A stretch of 64,000 bases of DNA from a virus. Lineage: Duplodnaviria; Caudoviricetes. Both the position numbers and the translations under genes were made by a program. Numbering within the stretch: position 1 is the stretch's first letter; each line of letters opens with the position of its first letter. Below the pieces are notes generated by a model, which worked only from the letters and a program-made list of their open reading frames with translations, did not search any database and was not told the DNA's origin. Positions 1 through 9,653 of this stretch are shown here, in pieces. Where the stretch lies: the IMG/VR virus record IMGVR_UViG_3300023174_000037. One strand, given 5' to 3'.

Positions 1-1
1 G

Positions 2-3000
2 CAACATGGTACTTTGTAATTTTTCAGGATCAGCTGATTCTTCAGCCAACCAATCGCCTCCGGCACTGCGGAATTCTATGTAGCCATCTTGTATGTGAGC
101 ACTGGTATACTTGCCTTGTCCTACACCCTTTTGAATTTCTCGTTGTGCTAATTCAAGCAAGCCATGTTGCATCAACTTCAAAGCACCGGCTGGATCTGCA
201 CGACCTGATTTGAGATTTTCACGGAAGCTCTTCATTGCTGACTTGGTGTAAGTGTTGGCTTCGCGGCCAAATTGTTGTAGAACATATTCGTCACCTAGGA
301 ACAGAATAAGTTTTAGGTAGTCAACATCACCACCTTTGTATGGAACACTAACGCCCATGTGTAGGCCAGTTGAATCGTTAGTGTAAGCATTGCCTTCTGT
401 GCTGTTGGCCCAGTCTGTGACTTGTTGTAATTTTTCCAAGGCCACTAGTAATGGCATTGGAGGACTTACTATTTCCAAACCGTAGTCTTCACGATCATCT
501 GGACTCAAACTTGAATCTGGCTCTACAATCCATTGGCCTTCTTTACGTGTGGTACTGTGATAATTTGAACTTACTTTGACTGGCATGTCTACAACACCTT
601 GTAAACTGTTTCCAATATCATCCCAATCACGTGACCCATCATTGCCGCCGCCACCGGTCATGTAGGGCCAGTCTAAACCGTACTCACTGGCCACATCACT
701 CATGTAGCGTAGGCCCGCATCATCAAAGAAACCAGAGTCGTCATCTATCTGATAATTGTCGCGGAAATCATCCAGTGCGGCATCCCAGTTTGCACCTTCT
801 TTTCTTACTTCGTCGGCTACTAGATCATCCAATAGGCCTTCGGCTTCGCTTTGTGCATCTAGGTATTTTTCATACAGGGGATTTTCTTTTGCGTAGGCTT
901 GCTGTTCGCTTGATCGGGTAAATTTAGGAGCAGTTTCTCCAGCTTTGATAATTTCATTTATTTCTTCATCTGACAAGTCCAACAAGGCCAACTGTTTTTG
1001 TATCTCGTCGTCCTCATCCCAATCACCTTCGTCAACCAGCACTTTACGAATCAAATCTTCGGCTTCGTCTCTAAATTCTCGAGTCATTTGTTCGTCGTAC
1101 CACTCGTAATAGGCTTCATCCAACTGTTCTTGTAGTCGTGCTTCTTGCCTAGAACTTAGTCCACCATATTCGCCGTTGTTAAAGAAGTCTATAATCTGAC
1201 TGATACTGCGAACACGTTCGTCGGCATCATAGTCGGGTTCCATTTCGTAATCACTGTCACCATTGTTGGTGGTGTCACGGAAGATCAACTCAGCTTCAAA
1301 TCCGGCACGTATACCTTCGGCTTCTGGACTAGTGGCCCATTTCATCAGGGCCGACGGTGACATTTTAACTTCGTCCAACTGTTCACTTTCGGCCAAGGCA
1401 AACAGTTTCTTTTCTGCTACCTGCTTGTTGAACATTGTATAACTACGCAAGAATTCTTTTTCTTGTCGTGTAAGTTCGCGGCCTTGTTGGACTTTGGCCA
1501 CTAAAAATTTATAATAGTCTGCTTTGTCACGATTCTTGGATACCGGTGCTTGAATATTTTCTTTAAACTGCGCCAGCTCTAATGCTAATTTTTCAAACAG
1601 GCCATTGGCCTTGGCAATCTGCGGAACGCCTTGCTTGTTTGTTTTGAGATTTAATTTGTTGGCTTCTTTGCCAATTTGTCCCGGCTTGATGTCCACTGTG
1701 AGTGCCATACTATAACGTGGATCCTTGGCCTGTTTCTTTGTGGGAATATAACCCGATGCACCTTCGTTGGTTGGCCCAGACGGCTTTTGCTGATTTTGTT
1801 TTTGTAGTTGATATAGCCGACTTTGATTTTGTGCGTTGACTTCACCGCGCTGAGCACGAATAAAATTGTTTAGTTCTTGAGCAACGTCAGCTTGTATTAC
1901 TGTGCTATTGTATTGTTTGGCATTGTAAAGAACACGAGCCGCATCCATTGGCCGCATGCCTTGTTGAGTAGCACAACCACTGAGACTGCCTCCGCCGATG
2001 ATGCAGGCACTTAATGCGGCCACAGCCGATCCTTTAAGGCCTTCATCAACATCTTCTTCGTGTAGGTTGTTGGCTTGTTTCTTTGTGGAAATGTAACTTG
2101 ATGCTGATTCAGTGACAGAAAGTCCATGTTTTTGAATGAACTCTTGCATTTTGTTTTCAATCCATTGATCTTCTTGACCAGCCATTCTTATTTTATATAG
2201 ATTTTTGTCATTGTATTCATAGCGACTTTGGTCTTGAAAGTATTTGGAGATTTGTTCAAATGCAGCAAAAAGCTCTGGAGTCTTGGTATACTTTGATCGT
2301 TGATAGTTGGAATATTTAGAAATTTTAGTTTGTGCCCATTTTGCCCGCAGATCTTTTTCTGGAACTTGATAGTCGCTAGCTATTTTTTCTACTTCTTTTT
2401 TTATTGTTTCTGGAGTAACATCCAAGTTTCTGTCAACTCGATAGGTTATGATCTGTATTAATTTTTTGTAGGCATCTTCTAGTCCAGATTTGGGCCTGGA
2501 CATAACCGCAGGATTCTTAACAGTTGAACCAGTGACGGATATGGCTCGTTTGACTTGGTTGACCAACTGATCATAAGTGTAGGTCCGCGGGGCCACACTG
2601 CGATAAATCAGTTGATCACCTTGGTACACATAAAAATATTCACCTTTGACCACTACCTTGTAGCCCAATATACCATAGGCTTTTTCAATTTCTTCTTTTA
2701 AGTTTTCTGCTTGACCCACCGCAAAGTATTCTGGATGTAGTCTAGCATAGTCACGCATCAACACACCAGCTCTGGCATTGGCTTCGTTTTCATACGGACT
2801 GCCAGTTTCGCCAGCATCAGTAGGAACCGACTCACGTTCATGTTGATGACGATGTGTAAGTTCGTGTGCCACTGTTCTGAGCACATCCATAATATGGCGA
2901 TGTCCCCAGGCCACTTCTAATAGATTATGATCGTCGATGTAACGACCAAATGTTTTGTTTCTTACTGACCATTGTGGATCTTTACGCAACTTGACCATCG

Positions 3001-3865
3001 GCATGCTTTTGAGTTTTAATTCTTTAAAACAAAAATCAATAAAGTCCGTTAGTATTTCTTCATCAGACAGTGTCGCAGGTGCCGCTTCAAGAGAAACTGT
3101 GTCAGCTTCGACCACTGTGGGGGTGCGGAATCCGTATGTTACTCTGGGTTTGGTTGTTTTTTCTGCTAAACTAAATTCTCGATCCTTGGCAGCATTTCTA
3201 GCATCATACAGGTCTTTAATTAGTCCTTGACTACGCAATATTTTGAATGCTAAATTTTCTGGACCAAACTCGCCATGTGCTTCTAATCCAGTTTGGCGCA
3301 TCCGTTTAATTTTTTCTGCCAGACTAGTCATGCGTTTTAAACTGCCGCTCTTGATAGCTGACTCAATTTGGCGGCCAACTTTTTCAAACTTGTTGCGTGT
3401 GCTGGTGTCGTTGACTACGCTCTTGACTCTACGTGGAACCTGTATCCAGTCGTTGTTCAACAAGGAATATATGCCCTGACTGATGTGCGGCTTGTCAGCA
3501 TCTTGCACATACAATTCCACATCAGCACCACCAATCTTAATATCGTGTTGTTCGTTATACTGAAACTTTTTGGCATCAAACAGTTCACGGTAAACAGGGT
3601 TATCTGGCATGTCTACTACCAAGTGCAAATCAATATCGCTGTTGGGAGTATATGTGTAAGCCGCATTTGATCCGCTGATAGTAATGTCTTGAATTGCTAG
3701 ATCTGTTACGCCTAAAAACTCACGAAAATCGTCGGCTATTTCCAGCAGGCGTTCACGCACTTCAGGCCGCAAATGTTCACGATCGTCCCACAGGCGTGGA
3801 TTTAATTGATCATTAAATTTAACAGCGTCTTCAAGATTATAAGAGTCTAATTCCGTGATGTTCAT
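2..3865 (-). CDS. Giant multidomain protein, partial (>1288 aa, runs off the left edge): Pol-beta-type nucleotidyltransferase + HExxH zinc-peptidase-like domain + unknown modules + COOH-NH2 ligase type 2 (amidoligase)
   Basis: Absent from the ORF track because it has no stop inside the window. Hand translation of sampled segments from ATG 3865 stays in one open frame. Motifs: ISGSNAAYTYTPNSDIDLH (NTase), AHELTH...YENEA (zincin), and GFEAE, EPDSSL, GLEIVSPP, NDSTGLHMGVS, YIEFRSAGG (amidoligase). Confidence 0.85.
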   Translation of the reverse strand, partial: MNITELDSYNLEDAVKFNDQLNPRLWDDREHLRPEVRERLLEIADDFREFLGVTDLAIQDITISGSNAAYTYTPNSDIDLHLVVDMPDNPVYRELFDAKKFQYNEQHDIKIGGADVELYVQDADKPHISQGIYSLLNNDWIQVPRRVKSVVNDTSTRNKFEKVGRQIESAIKSGSLKRMTSLAEKIKRMRQTGLEAHGEFGPENLAFKILRSQGLIKDLYDARNAAKDREFSLAEKTTKPRVTYGFRTPTVVEADTVSLEAAPATLSDEEILTDFIDFCFKELKLKSMPMVKLRKDPQWSVRNKTFGRYIDDHNLLEVAWGHRHIMDVLRTVAHELTHRHQHERESVPTDAGETGSPYENEANARAGVLMRDYARLHPEYFAVGQAENLKEEIEKAYGILGYKVVVKGEYFYVYQGDQLIYRSVAPRTYTYDQLVNQVKRAISVTGSTVKNPAVMSRPKSGLEDAYKKLIQIITYRVDRNLDVTPETIKKEVEKIASDYQVPEKDLRAKWAQTKISKYSNYQRSKYTKTPELFAAFEQISKYFQDQSRYEYNDKNLYKIRMAGQEDQWIENKMQEFIQKHGLSVTESASSYISTKKQANNLHEEDVDEGLKGSAVAALSACIIGGGSLSGCATQQGMRPMDAARVLYNAKQYNSTVIQADVAQELNNFIRAQRGEVNAQNQSRLYQLQKQNQQKPSGPTNEGASGYIPTKKQAKDPRYSMALTVDIKPGQIGKEANKLNLKTNKQGVPQIAKANGLFEKLALELAQFKENIQAPVSKNRDKADYYKFLVAKVQQGRELTRQEKEFLRSYTMFNKQVAEKKLFALAESEQLDEVKMSPSALMKWATSPEAEGIRAGFEAELIFRDTTNNGDSDYEMEPDYDADERVRSISQIIDFFNNGEYGGLSSRQEARLQEQLDEAYYEWYDEQMTREFRDEAEDLIRKVLVDEGDWDEDDEIQKQLALLDLSDEEINEIIKAGETAPKFTRSSEQQAYAKENPLYEKYLDAQSEAEGLLDDLVADEVRKEGANWDAALDDFRDNYQIDDDSGFFDDAGLRYMSDVASEYGLDWPYMTGGGGNDGSRDWDDIGNSLQGVVDMPVKVSSNYHSTTRKEGQWIVEPDSSLSPDDREDYGLEIVSPPMPLLVALEKLQQVTDWANSTEGNAYTNDSTGLHMGVSVPYKGGDVDYLKLILFLGDEYVLQQFGREANTYTKSAMKSFRENLKSGRADPAGALKLMQHGLLELAQREIQKGVGQGKYTSAHIQDGYIEFRSAGGDWLAEESADPEKLQSTML

Positions 3866-3871
3866 AGATAG

Positions 3872-3877
3872 TATTTA
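3872..3877 (-). promoter_or_regulatory. Late-type promoter TAAATA, 6 nt upstream of ATG 3865 (leaderless)
   Basis: Minus strand reads ggTAAATActatctATG with no Shine-Dalgarno. Confidence 0.6.
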
Positions 3878-3884
3878 CCGGATA

Positions 3885-3910
3885 AACAAAAGCCGCTAAC
3901 TTAGCGGCTT
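3885..3910 (-). terminator. Intrinsic terminator after 3933..4826
   Basis: Inverted repeat AAGCCGCT...AGCGGCTT followed by TTGTTT on the minus strand. Confidence 0.75.
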
Positions 3911-3932
3911 GTGTAGATTAAACAAAATAGAT

Positions 3933-4826
3933 TTATTTTTTCTTTTTCTTGCTGGATGCTAATACTTTAGCTTCAACTGGTTTAGCAGGTGATGTATCCA
4001 CCACTGTTGGGCCTCCCAATGCTGTGCCGTTTTGTACGGCCAATGCATGTAGATCTTTGTAAAGTTGATCTTGCGTTTGGAAGTCAAACACATAGGTGCC
4101 CGTGTGACGTAATAGCACACGCTTATCAACCCACACTTGGCCGCCAATGTCGCGCCAGTTTTCGCAGAAAGTCCAGTCTTCGCTATAATAGCGGTTTTCG
4201 CGCACTGCTGTGTCAAAGTAGGTTTTCATGTAGGGATTAAGTTCCGCAGGCAAACCAATATCGTTAATAAAAGGTTTGGTAGCAGGGTGAGCATTTAATT
4301 TCTCAAATACATCACGTTTGATCAACATAAAACCTGTGCCGGTTTTGCTGACTTCTTGTAGAGTTCCATCTTCACTGACTTGGGCGCCATCAAATCCGTT
4401 GACACACCATTTGACCGGCAGGCTCTTCATTGGATATAGGCCGCCGATGACATCTTTTTGTGCGTTGAGCATGACCAGTAGGTGCCATGGTTCCCAACCA
4501 ATGTCCGCATCAATAAACATCAGATGAGTGCTTTCTTTGTTGTGTAAGAACTTGGCTGTAAGAGTGTTACGAGCACGTGAAATTAAACTTTCATTGGTCA
4601 TGGTTTCCATGGTCCAATCAATGCCTAGTTGACGACAAGTGTTTGACCACTTGATATAGCTCATGAATGTTGATTCTGTCAGCATGCCGCCATAACACGG
4701 CATACAGATATGCACACGGGTGGTTTTTAAATAGTCAACGTTGACTTGAATCTGTTGTTGACCTGGCTGTAATGCCGGCGCTTGCGGGGTTGCTGTGGTT
4801 GGTGTTGCAGGTTGGGTTTCAGCCAT
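3933..4826 (-). CDS. Glycosyltransferase-like (GT-A fold) protein
   Basis: ICMPCYGG, NESLISRARN, THLMFIDADIGW (DxD) and YYSEDWTFC motifs; SD GAGGA. Confidence 0.7.
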   Translation of the reverse strand: MAETQPATPTTATPQAPALQPGQQQIQVNVDYLKTTRVHICMPCYGGMLTESTFMSYIKWSNTCRQLGIDWTMETMTNESLISRARNTLTAKFLHNKESTHLMFIDADIGWEPWHLLVMLNAQKDVIGGLYPMKSLPVKWCVNGFDGAQVSEDGTLQEVSKTGTGFMLIKRDVFEKLNAHPATKPFINDIGLPAELNPYMKTYFDTAVRENRYYSEDWTFCENWRDIGGQVWVDKRVLLRHTGTYVFDFQTQDQLYKDLHALAVQNGTALGGPTVVDTSPAKPVEAKVLASSKKKKK

Positions 4827-4876
4827 AAGTTCCTCTATTAAAGTGTAAGATATTTAATAGAGTATAACACACCCGG

Positions 4877-5650
4877 CTATTTTTTCCTAGCCTTGTGTTC
4901 GTCGATATAGTCTCGACTTTCCTTAATGGTTTTAATTTTATTCTTTAGCCGTTGGATATTTTCTTGTATTCGAGCCAATTTGTGCTCACGCATTACACTT
5001 ACAGGATTGTCTCCAGCAAATACTGCTTCTTGTCCGTATACAACAGCTTCTTGAGGAGCATTGACTCCCAGACGTTGATCAAATATGGCCCGCAGTTCCG
5101 GGTCCGGTGATCCATACAGGTCTGTGATAATTTGATCACGGTCTGCATCGTTGCCATCCAGGTATAGTTTGCGAATTTGGCTGGCACTGTTGGCATCTAC
5201 GCCCTTGACACGAAAGTTCACAGTTGGAGTCACTGCAACATAACCGTGCTGTGTCATTGGCTTCATACCTTTTTTGTTGTCAGGCAAGGGCTGTAAGTAA
5301 CTGGCAGATCCGTCTTTTTTGGGTGCAAAGTTAAACCGTTCAGCATCTTTTGCACTGACAGCAAACACCAACACAGTGTTGGCTCGTTCTTCATCGGACA
5401 AACTGCTTGTAATTTCCGCAGCTTGATAGGGATTTTTTACTTTGACAATGTGGCCAGACGGAACACCCAGTTTGGTCATCATTGTTACTTTGTCTGCGTA
5501 TTCAAACGGGCTGGTTTCAGGATCTTGAACACCACTGCTGGCAATATACACATTGTTATCGCCAAATTGTTGAGTCAGCCAATCATAACTGGCCATATGA
5601 CCTAGATGAAAAGGATGAAAGCGTCCGGGATATATTACAAGATAATTCAT
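4877..5650 (-). CDS. Cytidylyltransferase-like (HIGH-superfamily nucleotidyltransferase) protein
   Basis: N-terminal IYPGRFHPFHLGH and a late NSASQIRK motif; late promoter TAAATA 7 nt upstream. Confidence 0.7.
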   Translation of the reverse strand: MNYLVIYPGRFHPFHLGHMASYDWLTQQFGDNNVYIASSGVQDPETSPFEYADKVTMMTKLGVPSGHIVKVKNPYQAAEITSSLSDEERANTVLVFAVSAKDAERFNFAPKKDGSASYLQPLPDNKKGMKPMTQHGYVAVTPTVNFRVKGVDANSASQIRKLYLDGNDADRDQIITDLYGSPDPELRAIFDQRLGVNAPQEAVVYGQEAVFAGDNPVSVMREHKLARIQENIQRLKNKIKTIKESRDYIDEHKARKK

Positions 5651-5666
5651 TGTAATATATTTATGG

Positions 5667-6104
5667 TTACATGTTTTCTAGCAACCACAGGTATATGGGC
5701 GTAGTGAATTTCAAACCGACTGTGCCGTTACATCCCATTACACCATGGAATCGTTCTTGGGTCAGTTCTTTTGTACCATTAAAATTGTGTATATAAGTGG
5801 CCAACTTGGTTACCATGTGACCCAGTTTAATTTCATCAAATGCCAAATTTGACACAGTTAATGTAGCATCAGATATGATAGTACCATCAACGTCTATTTT
5901 AGTGTGCGCTTCTGTTTTGTTCTTTAACACAAGTTGCAATTCGTGATCACCGTCGGTGTCAGCAATATCTATTTTAATCAACTGCTGGCCCTGCACATGA
6001 TCAATATCAACAAATTTTTCATCATCGACCCAGGCTTCGAATCCCAGCTCAGCTGATTCATTGGAGGTGTTTAACTCAAAAGAGATACCAATAGTATTTG
6101 TCAT
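5667..6104 (-). CDS. Hypothetical protein
   Basis: 145-aa ORF coupled to its neighbours (TAAATG junction). Confidence 0.6.
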   Translation of the reverse strand: MTNTIGISFELNTSNESAELGFEAWVDDEKFVDIDHVQGQQLIKIDIADTDGDHELQLVLKNKTEAHTKIDVDGTIISDATLTVSNLAFDEIKLGHMVTKLATYIHNFNGTKELTQERFHGVMGCNGTVGLKFTTPIYLWLLENM

Positions 6105-6467
6105 TTAATATGTAGCATTCACGGTGTTTACGTTGCCCGCAGCAAAATCAGTAATTGTAGCTCGCAACCAGGTAAAATTGCCAATTACAGTATTGCTGGT
6201 GACTTGAGTTGTTACATTGGCCGCAATCACATTGGCTATTTCAAACCACGGTGCAGATTCTTGCAGATCATTTAAAGTAGCTTCCACAGTGATATTGCCT
6301 TGAAAACCGGCCACGTTGGCCACTAAAGTTTGAATAGCACCTTGCCCACCATAATAATTGGCTGCTGGCACTGCATTCCCGACGTAGATATTGCCACCAA
6401 GGTATTGACCCGAAGGCACACCGTATTGTAATGCGGGCACTAGTGTTTGCGTAGTAAATGCGGTCAT
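6105..6467 (-). CDS. Hypothetical protein, probably structural (beta-rich)
   Basis: 120-aa ORF; ATGA overlap with the upstream small ORF. Confidence 0.6.
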   Translation of the reverse strand: MTAFTTQTLVPALQYGVPSGQYLGGNIYVGNAVPAANYYGGQGAIQTLVANVAGFQGNITVEATLNDLQESAPWFEIANVIAANVTTQVTSNTVIGNFTWLRATITDFAAGNVNTVNATY

Positions 6468-6628
6468 GCTCTTTCTGCTTCAACAACAACGCCTGTGCCA
6501 GCTAATTCTTCTGCCACACTTTGCAAAGCCGCCACAATGTCGTCACTGGCAATTTCCGTGCCAGCATCAGTATCTTTGACCAATTTGGATAGTTTGATCA
6601 CAACTATTTCTTCGTGTATTTTTGCCAT
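6464..6628 (-). CDS. Small hypothetical protein (54 aa, MAKIHEEIVVIKLSKL...)
   Basis: Hand-translated, below the track cutoff; TAAATA 7 nt upstream; stop overlaps the next ATG. Confidence 0.7.
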   Translation of the reverse strand: MAKIHEEIVVIKLSKLVKDTDAGTEIASDDIVAALQSVAEELAGTGVVVEAERA

Positions 6629-6634
6629 AGTCAA

Positions 6635-7336
6635 CTATTTAGCCGGGATTATTTCTAGAGTTTTTCTTATTAGGCCCGGTGTTACCAAACTCAGCATGGT
6701 TAACCACGAGACTGTATTATAATCAACAAAAAAGTAATCTTGTGTTCGAGTGAATTTTAGTGGCACCCATTGTATCAATGCTGGACTGAGTCTAACATCG
6801 GGTTGACTTGCTAAAAAGTTTACCAACTGAGTTTTTTGCTCTGTAGTTAATTTGCCTATTTTAAAATAACTGCGCCATTGATGACGTGGATCTTTTAATT
6901 GAATTGTATTTTTAGGTCGACCCACAATAGCTCTGGTATATTCAGTATACAACACGCCGGGCAATTTGCTCACAGTGTTAATTAAAGCCAAATCATTGGT
7001 ATAAACATAGCCGGTAAATGAACTGACGACTAATTTAAATGTTGCTGGAGTGGTTAATAATACGTCAGCCAACTTATGCAAATTCTCAACTGTTGTTTCG
7101 GTTATTTTGTTTGACTGATTAGACAATACTGTGGTGGGGGTACTGCTGTGCATGGTTTGACTGATTGACCGCCAAGCGATTCTGCGCTCAATCATACGAT
7201 CAATTTGTGCATGGTCCAGAGTTCGTAGGCAATTGACTTCTTCTAAATGAAATCTTATGCAATACTCAAACTGACTGTAAAACAGTTGATCTTTAACAAC
7301 AGGTTTAAACATTTGCACCCGTTTGGTTAAGCACAA
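6635..7336 (-). CDS. Hypothetical protein (likely start near 7312, MFKPVV)
   Basis: Long ORF overlapping the ClpA stop. Confidence 0.6.
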   Translation of the reverse strand: MCLTKRVQMFKPVVKDQLFYSQFEYCIRFHLEEVNCLRTLDHAQIDRMIERRIAWRSISQTMHSSTPTTVLSNQSNKITETTVENLHKLADVLLTTPATFKLVVSSFTGYVYTNDLALINTVSKLPGVLYTEYTRAIVGRPKNTIQLKDPRHQWRSYFKIGKLTTEQKTQLVNFLASQPDVRLSPALIQWVPLKFTRTQDYFFVDYNTVSWLTMLSLVTPGLIRKTLEIIPAK

Positions 7337-9581
7337 TATATCCGTTTTCGTCTACTGTAGGAGCGAGCAACTGCGGTTCAATGGCAAATTCAACTCGATC
7401 ATCGACCATTGTGGCAGTTATAGTGCAGTGTTCCAGTCGATCAAATAAGATGCGCTTGCTCAAAGGTACACGGATTAATTCGTCAATTTTGCGTCCCAAG
7501 GGTCTGGCACCCATTTTGCTATCGTAACCTTTGTCAGCCAACATGTCAACCACAGCTTCAGTCAAGTTCAAGCGGATGTTTTTGTTTAACAAACTATCTT
7601 TGAGTTCATCAACAAATTTAAGCACAACTTTCTTAATGGCCAAGGTATCTAGTTTTTCAAACTTGCATACACAGTCGATACGATTGCGTAGCTCAGGTTT
7701 AAAGAACTCTTTCATGGCCTTGTCTTCACTGCCGGTGCGTTCTAGCGCCTGTCCAAAGCCAATGTTGTTGTTTTCGTTGTCTCTGGCACCCAAGTTTGAT
7801 GTCATGATAATGATACAGTTCTTAAGATCCACTGTTTTGCCACTGCTACTGGTAATACGTGCTTCATCCAACATTTGCAACATGATATTGATAACATCGG
7901 GGTGAGCTTTTTCAATTTCATCAAACAACAAGATACTGAACGGATTTTTGCTTACATCCGAAATCAATTTGCCGCCGCCCACTGTGCCAGATTCAAAACC
8001 CACATAGCCCGGAGGAGCACCAATCAAGCCTGACACTGTATGACGTTCTTGATACTCACTCATGTCATACTTGAGCAATTTCATATCTAAATGTTCGCTC
8101 AGTAGTTTGGCCAATTCTGTTTTGCCTGTGCCGGTTGGACCTAGGAACAAAAAGCTGGCAATAGGACGTTTAGCATTACCAATGCCCGAAAAGTTGATAT
8201 ACACACGTTCCAGCACACGGTCCACAGCCACATCTTGACCGTAGAGCTTTTGCTTGATATTAGTTTCTAAATCAACAATCTTGGCACTGCGTTCATTTTC
8301 CAGCCGATCTAAAGGAACTGCTGTGACCCGACTCAGTTGTTCCATGATCATTTGTTTGGTAACAGTCACATTACCTTTGTCCTTAACACGCTCTTTGGCA
8401 CAAGCACCGTCCAGCAAATCTATACTTTTGTCTGGGTTTTTGCGATCGTGTATATAACGTCCACTTAAATGAACTGCGGCTGTGATAGCTTCTGTATCAA
8501 TTAACACATTGTGGAATGTTTCTAAACGTGGACTAAGTCCAATAAGGATTTGCTCTGTGGTTACATCATCGGGTTCATCAATGCCGACACGATGGAAACG
8601 ACGCATGAGTGCGCGATCCTTTTCAAACGATTCGTAGTATTCTTCCCAGGTCGTACTGGCCACCACTTTGATATTGCCACGAGTGATAGCAGGTTTAAGC
8701 ATATTGGCCATGTCTAAACTGCCTTGACTGCCTGCTCCTGCGCCCTGCATAGTGTGTGCTTCATCTACAAACAAGATACAGTTTTTCTTGGTTTCAAGTG
8801 CAGTAATAACAGCCTTGAACTTTTCTTCGAATTCGCCGCGATATTTGCTGCCAGCTAGCAAACTGCCCACTTCCAAACTCCATAGTTCATGTCCTTTGAG
8901 AAACTCTGGCACACGATTGGCCTGCATTTCTTGGGCAAGTCCTTCGACGATGGCAGTTTTACCTACACCCGGATCTCCTACCATGAGTACGTTGGCTTTG
9001 AACTTGCGGGCCAGCACAGTGATCATTTCGTCCAGTTCTTCAGAGCGTCCGATCATGGGTTCTAGGCGATCTTCTCTGGCCAGGTCAGTTAAACAGACGC
9101 AATGTTCTGCAAGTATTTCTGTTGCCTGTTGATTAGTAAGTTTGACATCACTTTGTTTATAATTTGCTTGATAAAATTCTGCAAACTCTTGTTTCTTTAC
9201 TCCAAATTTAAGCAAGAAATAGTGTGCATGACTATTGGTCTCACTCATGATGGCCAAGTATAAATCCAAGGTACTGACAGTTCTGCGACCAGTAAATAGC
9301 ACCTGTGTTAATGCACGATTAAACACCCGCTCCAGCGCATTGGTTTTCTTAGGCGGAACTGGCGTGGCTGCAACCACTGTGACTATATTGCCTAGATAAG
9401 ACGCTAGTTCTTGTTCAAGGCGTGTCAGGTCAGTGCCAAACTTTTCCAACACTCGACGAAAGGGATCATGTTTAATTAAAGACAATAAAACATGTTCAGT
9501 CATTACATATTCATGATGGCTGTCACGTGCCATTTTAACCGCGGCATCGACTATTTGTTCAATTTCAGGATTGTTTTGCAT
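7305..9581 (-). CDS. clpA: ATP-dependent Clp protease ATP-binding subunit ClpA-like (two AAA+ domains)
   Basis: Clp N-domain (HEYVMTEH), Walker A GDPGVGKT and GPTGTGKT, FVDEAH, LFDEIEKAHP, MGARPL. Confidence 0.92.
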   Translation of the reverse strand: MQNNPEIEQIVDAAVKMARDSHHEYVMTEHVLLSLIKHDPFRRVLEKFGTDLTRLEQELASYLGNIVTVVAATPVPPKKTNALERVFNRALTQVLFTGRRTVSTLDLYLAIMSETNSHAHYFLLKFGVKKQEFAEFYQANYKQSDVKLTNQQATEILAEHCVCLTDLAREDRLEPMIGRSEELDEMITVLARKFKANVLMVGDPGVGKTAIVEGLAQEMQANRVPEFLKGHELWSLEVGSLLAGSKYRGEFEEKFKAVITALETKKNCILFVDEAHTMQGAGAGSQGSLDMANMLKPAITRGNIKVVASTTWEEYYESFEKDRALMRRFHRVGIDEPDDVTTEQILIGLSPRLETFHNVLIDTEAITAAVHLSGRYIHDRKNPDKSIDLLDGACAKERVKDKGNVTVTKQMIMEQLSRVTAVPLDRLENERSAKIVDLETNIKQKLYGQDVAVDRVLERVYINFSGIGNAKRPIASFLFLGPTGTGKTELAKLLSEHLDMKLLKYDMSEYQERHTVSGLIGAPPGYVGFESGTVGGGKLISDVSKNPFSILLFDEIEKAHPDVINIMLQMLDEARITSSSGKTVDLKNCIIIMTSNLGARDNENNNIGFGQALERTGSEDKAMKEFFKPELRNRIDCVCKFEKLDTLAIKKVVLKFVDELKDSLLNKNIRLNLTEAVVDMLADKGYDSKMGARPLGRKIDELIRVPLSKRILFDRLEHCTITATMVDDRVEFAIEPQLLAPTVDENGYIVLNQTGANV

Positions 9582-9653
9582 GGATTCCTTTTAATAATAC
9601 ACCCTACATTCATTATACTACATTGAGAATAGAATTGCAATCGATATGGGTAT

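Noticed and set aside
631-3670. Plus-strand ORFs in the track (631..921, 2955..3230, 3243..3479, 3368..3670) and minus-strand 1651..1857
   Set aside because: They are shadows of the long minus-strand frame 2..3865, which carries recognisable enzyme motifs; they have no RBS or motifs.
6033-6045. GGCTTCGAATCCC resembling a tRNA T-loop
   Set aside because: It lies inside a coding region (…LGFEAW…), with no acceptor, D or anticodon arms around it.
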